Below are positions 39,488 to 47,349 of a stretch of 64,000 nucleotides of DNA, piece after piece. The notes beneath the pieces are model-generated. The model was not told the DNA's origin, did no database searches, and saw only the letters and a program-made list of their open reading frames with translations. The stretch covers positions 42,462 through 106,461 of the forward strand of contig CBDIWP010000044.1 of the NCBI GenBank assembly GCA_965285945.1, written 5' to 3'. The stretch comes from an uncultured bacterium (GTDB lineage: Bacteria > Nitrospirota > Nitrospiria > Nitrospirales > Nitrospiraceae). The position numbers and the translations under genes were made by a program. Position 1 is the stretch's first letter. Each line of letters starts with the position of its first letter.

Positions 39488-39687
39488 TGGGTGTCGCCAG
39501 TACCTGCCCACCAGGCGCACCCTGCTATGCTGGGATTCTCGTTGGGGCGCCGACAGGTCCCCGCCCGGTGCCATGCCGCGGATTGCCGGAGGCCGGAGCA
39601 GGGTGATGGACGAAATCCAAGAATCCTGACCTCCTTAGGTTACCCGTGCGCGGTCACTTCATCTGCTGCCGGCGTTTCGCTACAGCT

Positions 39688-39903
39688 CTAGCAGGGGCAT
39701 TGGATTCCATTCAGCCAGTAGAAGAACCACAAGCTCGCTGCGACCGTCAGATAAAAAATGGTTTTCCCTGCCTTAATCTCCCAGTCTTCGATCTCCCGTC
39801 CGCTTTCCCCATACTGACGCTGTGCTTTAGGAGGCGACTTGGCTTCACGAGCCGAGGGCGGCGTCTCCCAATCGCGGGGATCAAATTTTCTTGCAGGCTC
39901 CAT
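39688..39903 (-). CDS. Small membrane protein with C-terminal CPC
   Basis: AGGAGG RBS, one C-terminal TM helix. Confidence 0.65.
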   Translation of the reverse strand: MEPARKFDPRDWETPPSAREAKSPPKAQRQYGESGREIEDWEIKAGKTIFYLTVAASLWFFYWLNGIQCPC

Positions 39904-40481
39904 GGCGACACCTCCTGTGTGGTACCAGAGGGCGACCCAGAGTTGCGTTTTCGAGAATGCTTGCAGATACGTGCTGAGTCCAACCCTCTTTCTCTGAACT
40001 CATCGGAGCTAACTCTTAGATCAACGATGCGGCATGCGATCGGAGGGTGGAGCCTTGCCAAGCAGGAGGTGACGGTGAGGGGAATGGTGCGCATGAGGGA
40101 GGCCGCATCCCTGAGATGGCTAGACCCGTTCCACCCTATGCCTCTTGCGGAAAGTCTATTCCCCGCGAACATCGCAATCAAGTGGACAGGCGCAGGAACG
40201 GTGGGTCGCCAAGTACCGTTCGATCAGTCCTTACAGCGCCTGCTGTGCGTCCTTCTGCTCGTGACCAGAGGCGGAACAAGGAGGCGACGGCATTCGTCAA
40301 GAATACCGGCAGACTTTTCAAGCCGACGTTGGGCACGGGCGCCGTAGAGATGGCAGATCTACAGGAGTGGCGGATGGTCGGGAGGCGGGGCAGGGTGGAT
40401 CGAACTGTTAAAGTGGGAAGCAAGCTGGCGGACGTGGGACTAGGGAGGAGAGCAGCCGGCGAAGGTGATTCGGCCCTATGT

Positions 40482-40694
40482 CTAAGTTCCCGTCGTGAGT
40501 TCGGCTTCGAGGGGATGGTCTTTCTTGAACCGGCTGACGCCGAGGACGCTGAATCCCACCACGTGCCCGTGCTCATCTATACGCTCCATGACGGCATCGT
40601 GAGCGGTTGGACGCATAAATCCGAGCGCGTCGCAGAACTGCACTTCAAGAAAATCGCCTTCTGGATCGAACCAGACTTTTACTTTCTCGGCCAT
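40482..40694 (-). CDS. DUF2283-like protein
   Basis: VWFDPEGDFLEV..ERIDE.G.VVGF.VL. Confidence 0.8.
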   Translation of the reverse strand: MAEKVKVWFDPEGDFLEVQFCDALGFMRPTAHDAVMERIDEHGHVVGFSVLGVSRFKKDHPLEAELTTGT

Positions 40695-40722
40695 ATCATT
40701 TCCCAGTGCATGAGTGAGGGAG

Positions 40723-40965
40723 TCAGGCGGTCTTCTTTACCCGTTTGCTTGCGTGAAGAACGGTAAAGCCGATCACGTCGTCACCCTCATAGCGAATGAT
40801 CACGTCCTCATCCGTCATCTCGCTGTCGGTGGCATAGCTGGGCTTCTTGAAGTTCACATACAAGGCATCAGCCTCATCGTCATAGGTTAACCATATCGCA
40901 TGCTGAGGCGACCGGTTCACCGCCGGGATGAGCTTCAAGTATTCTTGAATGTCTGCTATGGCCAT
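40723..40965 (-). CDS. DUF2283-like protein
   Basis: YDDEADALYV.F..DSE..DVIIRY..VIG.TVL.AS. Confidence 0.85.
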   Translation of the reverse strand: MAIADIQEYLKLIPAVNRSPQHAIWLTYDDEADALYVNFKKPSYATDSEMTDEDVIIRYEGDDVIGFTVLHASKRVKKTA

Positions 40966-41258
40966 AGCTGCCTCCTCTTCGCCAGGGATCGCGCTCGTCG
41001 CGTCAGAAACGCCGTGATGATAAAGCCGTCCGTTGCCACCTCCCGGTAGACAACGACTATATGTTTTGCCTGTTGCAATTCACGGATTGCGATGAGTTCA
41101 CCATCTCCCCCGAATAGCACACGCTCCGGTCGCAATACTGTTTCCATGACTTCTGTCCGTAGGCCCGCCAGTTCACAATGTGCCTCGGTAATATGTGCCC
41201 ACCGCTCATCAGTGAGCCGAATGGATACACCGTTCTTGGAAACTACGTGATCGACCAC
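40956..41258 (-). CDS. RelE/DUF4258-like putative toxin, partner of DUF2283
   Basis: IRLTDERWAHI...H, VVVYRE..GFIITAF; overlaps the downstream DUF2283 gene. Confidence 0.75.
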   Translation of the reverse strand: MVDHVVSKNGVSIRLTDERWAHITEAHCELAGLRTEVMETVLRPERVLFGGDGELIAIRELQQAKHIVVVYREVATDGFIITAFLTRRARSLAKRRQLWP

Positions 41259-41398
41259 CGAGCCCTCACGCGGTATCTCATCATCCCCTGAAACACTAGT
41301 GCGCCGGACGTTTTCTTGCACGTGCATTCTACACAGAATGGGACTACCAGGGAACCCGAAGAAGAGTGGGGTATCTTCATCGCGCGGTGGAAGAAGGT

Positions 41399-41461
41399 CG
41401 AACCAGGCTCAAATTGATTCTCCTCTAGATCAGCGGTGTCATAGCGATCCTTGCGCCGCAT
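41399..41461 (-). pseudogene. N-terminal remnant of a Fic paralog
   Basis: MRRKDRYDTADLEENQFEPGS aligns with MSADDRYHVSGLPEAQFEPGS of the Fic at 43067, then similarity ends. Confidence 0.7.
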
Positions 41462-41789
41462 AACCTTATGAACCTCTTAAGCCGTCTTCTCCGGAGAGAA
41501 CGTTATCATGCCCGACGAAAAGAATCGGCTCAGACAGACCAACGTGTCTGTCTCCAGCACCGCTGGCTCCAAGTCTGTGCGCGGTCATCGGCTCCTTCTC
41601 CGCGAGATGTACACGGTGCCGCCATAAGCATGGCCTCTAGGTCGAGTCTGGAGAAGAACACCGCGTTCATATGATTGGAGGGCAAAGCATGCCCTAAGAT
41701 CATTGGCAGTCCGATAAGGCGCCGTCTGATTTTTGCTGAAGGCCCAGCCGTCGGCTTCAGTGAAGAACGTACTGCGCTGCGAGGAATTG

Positions 41790-41994
41790 TTGGAACTTGC
41801 GTCGCCAGCGTGCCAACACATTGGCCCCAATCCCAAGATCCGCGGCGATTTGGCTCACCGTCACCCTTGTGCGTCCAGCATCGCGACCGCTTCACGTTTG
41901 TACTCCGCTGAAAACTTCCGTCGTGCTCCCATGACACCCCTCCTGGCCCATTATGGGCCTTAAGTCAGGTGTCCGCAAAAGCGGGGCAGAACCC
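41790..41994 (-). mobile_element. IS3-family left-end remnant (IRL plus frameshifted OrfA)
   Basis: IRL-like GGGTTCTGCCCCGCTTTTGCGGACACC; AGGAGG-ATG(41932) MGARRKFSAEYKREAVAML, frameshift, VTVSQIAADLGIGANVLARWRR (HTH_Tnp_1-like); no OrfB. Confidence 0.85.
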
Positions 41995-42262
41995 GGGCGG
42001 TGATGACATAGGCTGTGATGGGTTTTATCTTCATGACTTACCCGGCTTCGGCTAAAGCATGTCCCCCCAGATCATTCGTTGAATGGGTGACAACAGGCCG
42101 TCAGCAAGCTATTCGAAATGAGTTACCTGCTGCCAAGAAAGACTCCCGACCCTTTTGTTTTGCCCCATTTATGTTCAAGAAAAGACCGACAACGCTTCTC
42201 TTTGGAATGGCATCAGTCTCAGTCATGATGTAAAATGACCTTTATCGAAAGGGATAACGCGG

Positions 42263-42451
42263 ATGAAGAAGCCACTCATTAAAACCAACCCACATCTCAA
42301 GGTTCCTGCGACATACCGAAAAGCCTTGATCACCAATGTCGCCAGCTCGACGGCGGTCGAGACCGGCGCATCTATCGAATCCATTGCCCGCATCCTGGCT
42401 GAGCCGGAAAAGCCGTCATCGGTTAAGAAGACGGGCGGCTCTGCTCGATAA
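42263..42451 (+). CDS. Small protein convergent on fic; possible Fic antitoxin
   Basis: 62 aa, SSTAVETG resembling the (S/T)xxxE(G/N) inhibitory helix; 3' overlap with fic. Confidence 0.6.
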   Translation: MKKPLIKTNPHLKVPATYRKALITNVASSTAVETGASIESIARILAEPEKPSSVKKTGGSAR

Positions 42452-43067
42452 CCTCTCCAAACAAGCTTTCCATCGGCGCATAGCGCTTATCGAGACCTGC
42501 CTGAATCGCGGCAATGTACGCAGCCTTACCCGTTCCCGCCATGAGGCTGAAATCCAATAGCGGCAGGCCTGCCTGAAGCGCCATAAGAGTGGAAAGCATA
42601 CGGGCAAGGCGCCCATTCCCATCACGAAACGGATGGATCACCACCAACTCGACGTGCGTTTCCGTCAGCGCATGAACAACCTGGGCCTTGCCTGCAAACG
42701 TGCAGGGCGTACAGCGCTGCAACACTTCCCTTTCATACCGATCCATCAAGACTGGTACCTGTGCGGCTGCTGCGAAGGGAAATCCGTCTTTGCTGACATT
42801 CACACGCCGATAGTGACCGGCCCACTCATAGATTTCGCCAAGCCAGGTGCGGTGACAGCCACTGAGATCCGCAGCCGTAAATCGATGGGTCTCACTGTAT
42901 TCCCTGACTAGGATATCCATGGCCTGCTCAAGCGCTCGAGCCTCGGCCTCATCCATGATCTGCTTCGACGTGATCCCGAGCAAATTCTTCAACACCATCC
43001 CATCGGAGCCAGGCTCAAACTGCGCCTCCGGCAAGCCGGATACATGGTAGCGATCATCGGCGCTCAT
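42423..43067 (-). CDS. Fic-family AMP transferase
   Basis: Canonical HPFRDGNGRLAR; LKNLLGI, YEWAG.YR; ATGA-coupled to hsdM. Confidence 0.95.
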   Translation of the reverse strand: MSADDRYHVSGLPEAQFEPGSDGMVLKNLLGITSKQIMDEAEARALEQAMDILVREYSETHRFTAADLSGCHRTWLGEIYEWAGHYRRVNVSKDGFPFAAAAQVPVLMDRYEREVLQRCTPCTFAGKAQVVHALTETHVELVVIHPFRDGNGRLARMLSTLMALQAGLPLLDFSLMAGTGKAAYIAAIQAGLDKRYAPMESLFGEVIEQSRPSS

Positions 43068-44566
43068 GAGGTCGTATTCTCTGAGGATTCACCGCCCAGA
43101 TCATTCGCAATCAGTCTGAATTGCTCCAGTGCCGCTTCGAGGTCGTCGACGATTTCTTGGGCGATAATGTCGGGGGCAGGGAGATTGGCAGAGTCTTCTA
43201 GCGATTCGTCTTTAAGCCAGAAGATGTCGAGGCTGGCTTTGTCCCGGGCGATGAGTTCCTCATAGTCGTAGGCGCGCCAGCGGCCATCCGGTTTTTTGTC
43301 GGACCAAGTGGACCTGCGGCTGTGGCGATTGGTCGGGTTATAACACTTTACGAACTCGTCGAGGTCTTCGCGTTTAAGCGGATCGGTCTTGAGGGTGAAG
43401 TGTTTATTGGTGCGGAGGTCATAGATCCAGAGCTTCTTAGTCCAGGGTGTTTCGCTCGCTGGTTTCTTGTCAAAAAAAAGAACGTTGGCTTTCACACCCT
43501 GAGCATAGAAGAGCCCAGTCGGTAGACGCAGGAGCGTGTGCACATCGCACTCGTGCAGGAGTTTGCGCCGGACGGTTTCTCCAGCCCCGCCTTCGAACAG
43601 GACGTTGTCAGGCACCACGACTGCGGCACGGCCGTTTTGCTTCAGCAAGGTTTTGACGTGCTGGACGAAGTTGAGCTGCTTGTTCGATGTAGTCGCCCAG
43701 AAGTCATCACGCTCAACGATGTCCCGTTCCTTGGAGACGTCGCCATCTTCGCCAACGATAGTCGTACTGCTCTTCTTGCCGAACGGCGGATTGGTCATCA
43801 CGATGTCGAACCGATCTCCAGGATCAGCGGCCAGAGCATCGGCCACGATGATGGGCAGATCTTTGTCGCTCCCGATGCCGTGGAGCATCATGTTCATCGC
43901 GCAGAGGCGGGCCGTGCTTTGGACTAATTCCCATCCCTTGAATGTGCCTTGCTTGAGCTGTCGTTTTTCATCCTTGGTGAGGTTTGGATTGTGCTTCACG
44001 ATGTAGTCGTGTGCGGCCAGGATAAAGCCGCCAGTCCCGCAGGCAGGATCGCAGATGGTATTGCCAGGTTTTGGTGCAAGGGCCTCCACCATCGCAGCAA
44101 TCAGCGGGCGAGGAGTGAAGTATTGGCCTGCGCCGGACTTGGTGTCCTGGGCGTTCTTTTCGAGTAGGCCCTCGTAGGCGTCCCCTTTCACATCGGCGCT
44201 CATCGTGGACCAATTTTCTTTGTCGATGAGATCCACAATCAGCCGCCGCAGCTTCACCGGATCCTGGAACTTATTCTGCGCCTTCGTGAAGATCAGGCCG
44301 AGCATGCCCTTTCCTTTGCCGAGTTCTTCCAGGAGATGACGGTAGTGATCGAACAGGTCATCGCCGTCCCTCTTGAGTAAGCTAGGCCAACTGTACTTGC
44401 CTGGGATCTGGCTGGGCTGGTTGTACGGCGGCTTCGTGCGCTCGTCGGCCATTTTGAGAAAGAGCAAATACGTCAACTGCTCGACGTAGTCGCCGTAGCT
44501 CATTCCATCGTCGCGGAGGACGTTGCAATAGTTCCAGAGCTTTTGGACGATTCCAGCAGAAGCCAT
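43064..44566 (-). CDS. hsdM: Type I R-M methyltransferase subunit
   Basis: GQYFTPR, DPACGTGG, NPPF, VVPDNVLF. Confidence 0.97.
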   Translation of the reverse strand: MASAGIVQKLWNYCNVLRDDGMSYGDYVEQLTYLLFLKMADERTKPPYNQPSQIPGKYSWPSLLKRDGDDLFDHYRHLLEELGKGKGMLGLIFTKAQNKFQDPVKLRRLIVDLIDKENWSTMSADVKGDAYEGLLEKNAQDTKSGAGQYFTPRPLIAAMVEALAPKPGNTICDPACGTGGFILAAHDYIVKHNPNLTKDEKRQLKQGTFKGWELVQSTARLCAMNMMLHGIGSDKDLPIIVADALAADPGDRFDIVMTNPPFGKKSSTTIVGEDGDVSKERDIVERDDFWATTSNKQLNFVQHVKTLLKQNGRAAVVVPDNVLFEGGAGETVRRKLLHECDVHTLLRLPTGLFYAQGVKANVLFFDKKPASETPWTKKLWIYDLRTNKHFTLKTDPLKREDLDEFVKCYNPTNRHSRRSTWSDKKPDGRWRAYDYEELIARDKASLDIFWLKDESLEDSANLPAPDIIAQEIVDDLEAALEQFRLIANDLGGESSENTTS

Positions 44567-44577
44567 CTACTCCTCAA

Positions 44578-45036
44578 TCAATCCGGAATAAGCTCTCTAA
44601 TGGTCCATTTTGCCAAGGCCACAGATGATAAGGCCGCTGCAGACAAGAGCAGTCCTGCAATTATAATGGTGGCGCCCCAGACAAGTTTTTGATGAAGTAC
44701 TAAATAAACTCCAAGCATGCCGCAGATGAAACCGAGCAAACAAAATCCCAAGGCTACCACTACCCGCATCTTCAACTTCCAGTAATCCGGCCATGAGAGC
44801 ACCGCCTTTTTTGCTCCAGACGGCGACAAGATGTCTGTTCCGAAGGCAAATGTTGTAGCAAGTAGACCAAGGGGAATTGTCGCAGTACCTAATGCCCACT
44901 TGGCATCTGAAGCAAACTGCTGGCCAACAAAAGTGGCTGGCTCTGGCCAATAAAAAGAAATCACAAAAGGCAGTCCCCCGGCCACCAATTCTGGCGAAAT
45001 GAAAACTGCCCTAAGGAGCTCGATAAGCTTCCTCAT
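44578..45036 (-). CDS. Hypothetical 4-TM membrane protein embedded in hsd operon
   Basis: Four hydrophobic segments; TAATG coupling to the upstream ORF; AT-richer than flanks. Confidence 0.8.
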   Translation of the reverse strand: MRKLIELLRAVFISPELVAGGLPFVISFYWPEPATFVGQQFASDAKWALGTATIPLGLLATTFAFGTDILSPSGAKKAVLSWPDYWKLKMRVVVALGFCLLGFICGMLGVYLVLHQKLVWGATIIIAGLLLSAAALSSVALAKWTIRELIPD

Positions 45037-45938
45037 TAATGATCCAAATACCGCTCGTCGTTAATCTTTCCAAACTGCTCAAAGGCTGCGCGAAAGAGCT
45101 CTTCAGGTTCGGGGTCTCGATCGAAAGCAAAGCTCTTCTGGTTTTCACTGGTCCTTATCGTGACGGTTCTTGCATCTTCAATCCCAACTACTTTTCCATT
45201 TCCGTATCCATCCGCAGCCATGAGGAGAGCCGCATCACCAACACCACCTAGCAGTGGTTCCATCATATCGTGCAGCTCCAAGGCATTTGTGGAGCCGCTG
45301 GACATTCTTGAGGCAATTTCTGCCACCTTTGTCGATATCCCCCCAGCTGATTCTTCTTTTATTGCCACTTCCTCCAGCCGACGTTTCTTCAGATACTCCT
45401 TCAGCGATTCCCAGCACGGCCCAAACAATGGATTTGGCGGCTTAACTCTTGCTTGAAGAACGGTGATCTTTTCGAGTCTTGAAAGCCGCGTTACGAATGT
45501 ACGCAAGTCCGTTACAGGTTCCAATTCGCATCGTCCAAAGAAACTCTTGGGGCTTGCTTCAATCAGTTGACAAAACAATCTAGCAAACTGATCTCTTTCG
45601 AGAATGTTCCAAACGTGCTTGTAGGCGATCCCGCTGAATTCAGGGAGATAGACGAAAGGGCTTGCCCCTTCAATCAGATTTGCCACCGATTCTTGCCGAA
45701 CAGAGTGAACGTCTGGCCTAACAACCTCAACGGTGCCCTCTGGCCGATACTTCGCAAGTCGAGCATACATGCCCGTAGGATGATCACCGGCCCCGAATGA
45801 TTGAAAGTCAGTGAATGTATAGCGGACTCCCCTAAACTGAATCGTTGCCGATTCCCGAATGGCTTGAATGACTCCCTCGCTTGTCATATTGCCAAACTTG
45901 ATAACCCGAGAGAGATAGAATCGGGAACTTGCTGCCAT
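45036..45938 (-). CDS. Hypothetical soluble protein (possibly DUF4747-like) embedded in hsd operon
   Basis: 300-aa ORF starting 1 nt after the hsdS stop; ASPFVY, PPNP and DGYG motifs; family recalled from memory only. Confidence 0.75.
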   Translation of the reverse strand: MAASSRFYLSRVIKFGNMTSEGVIQAIRESATIQFRGVRYTFTDFQSFGAGDHPTGMYARLAKYRPEGTVEVVRPDVHSVRQESVANLIEGASPFVYLPEFSGIAYKHVWNILERDQFARLFCQLIEASPKSFFGRCELEPVTDLRTFVTRLSRLEKITVLQARVKPPNPLFGPCWESLKEYLKKRRLEEVAIKEESAGGISTKVAEIASRMSSGSTNALELHDMMEPLLGGVGDAALLMAADGYGNGKVVGIEDARTVTIRTSENQKSFAFDRDPEPEELFRAAFEQFGKINDERYLDH

Positions 45939-45939
45939 T

Positions 45940-47349
45940 TTATCCTCTTGCTAGTTCACCGCAGAATGCACGCTGGAGAATCGACTGCCGCAGGCGGTCG
46001 GCGCGGGTGAGGTTACCTTCGACGGCGGCTTCTAGTTCGTCGATGACGGATAGGCGGCGGTCAACTTCGGCGACGATCTCTTTTTGTTCGTCGAACGGCG
46101 CAAGGGAAACTGGAGCCGCTTTGAGAATGGGGCCATTGATGCCGGGACGTGTCTGACCGCGGGCATTCCCGAAGATGTGCTGTCGAGTCGCGTCATCTGC
46201 ACGGAGGGCAATAGCAAGAAACTCTGAGTCAACATTGCAAGGGGCAGGAGTAATACGATAGCAGTGCTTCGTGATAATAGCCGGTTCAAGCCTTTGTGGA
46301 AGTACGCAAACACGACCAACGGTGGCCATAATCGTAATAACTACATCGCGCGGACGCGCTGCAAACTTTTCGAGGGTTTTGAATTTTGCAGGCGTGATCC
46401 GATGTTGGCGCCCCAGAGAAAACTTGCCATCGAGCACATTGTCGATCCCAATGGCTAAGATTCCATCGTCAACGAATTCAGAGTGAAGTAATTGGCTGCC
46501 AAATGGACCGCTTTGGATTGCACCAAGACACCCTGAGGCAAGTTGTTCGACTGTTGCCCACGTCCAATCTTTCGGTAGTGATGGCAAGTCATTGGTATCC
46601 GGAGAAATTGGCTCCTTGTACTTCCCTCTGCCATTCCACTTCTTACGACGCTCGACAAGGATGCGTTCGAGGAGTTTGCTGGCTGGTTCGACGTCGCGAT
46701 GTTGTCTGCGCCAGTTTTCCGTCAGCTTCCCTTCGACGGCGGCTTTGAGGACGGCGGCTTTGTAGCGTTTGAGGTTGGCCTTGACTCGCTTAAGGTTGGC
46801 GACGGCTTCGTCGAGGCGAGAGAACTGCTTTTCGATCTCCGCGACGATGCGTTGTCGTTCGCAGGGGGGAGCCAGTGGAACATCGAAGTTATTGATACGC
46901 TTGAGCCCGAGATCAGGAGTGCCCACGCTCTTAATATTATGCTTGGCTTGCGACCGGACATCGGGAGTTTGCATGAGATACAGCACGTATTTCGGATCCA
47001 GTCCCTTCAATGTGGGTTTGACTAACGCAATGCTATGCAGAGCTACGAAATCAAAATCGAAGTTCTGTAAACGAGCCTCTCCGATAGTGCCAATTCGAGA
47101 ATACAAGATGTCGCCCTTAGCCGGTTTGCATTTCTTCACAAATGCGACATGTTCACTTTTATCAACAGACTTTAATCTCGAAAGGTCAATCCCGTTTTCA
47201 GTGAAGTCTCGGGGGGAGATTAAGGGGATACCATTCTCCATATATTTCGGAGTTCGATGGTCCCTATCCGTGATGGAGCAGATGTCGCCTAGCTTTCTCC
47301 ATTCCCAATGTTCAGGCAGTTCATGCCTCGTATAAACATCCACCGTCAT
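45940..47349 (-). CDS. hsdS: Type I R-M specificity subunit
   Basis: LP.HWEW..LG, two TRDs, two P..EQ..IV.E coiled helices, LRQSILQRAF.G.L; ATGA overlap with hsdR. Confidence 0.95.
   Translation of the reverse strand: MTVDVYTRHELPEHWEWRKLGDICSITDRDHRTPKYMENGIPLISPRDFTENGIDLSRLKSVDKSEHVAFVKKCKPAKGDILYSRIGTIGEARLQNFDFDFVALHSIALVKPTLKGLDPKYVLYLMQTPDVRSQAKHNIKSVGTPDLGLKRINNFDVPLAPPCERQRIVAEIEKQFSRLDEAVANLKRVKANLKRYKAAVLKAAVEGKLTENWRRQHRDVEPASKLLERILVERRKKWNGRGKYKEPISPDTNDLPSLPKDWTWATVEQLASGCLGAIQSGPFGSQLLHSEFVDDGILAIGIDNVLDGKFSLGRQHRITPAKFKTLEKFAARPRDVVITIMATVGRVCVLPQRLEPAIITKHCYRITPAPCNVDSEFLAIALRADDATRQHIFGNARGQTRPGINGPILKAAPVSLAPFDEQKEIVAEVDRRLSVIDELEAAVEGNLTRADRLRQSILQRAFCGELARG

Noticed and set aside
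42138-42156. AAAGACTCCCGACCCTTTT, reminiscent of a dispersed repeat end
   Set aside because: Single copy in the window with no partner inverted repeat; cannot be supported here.
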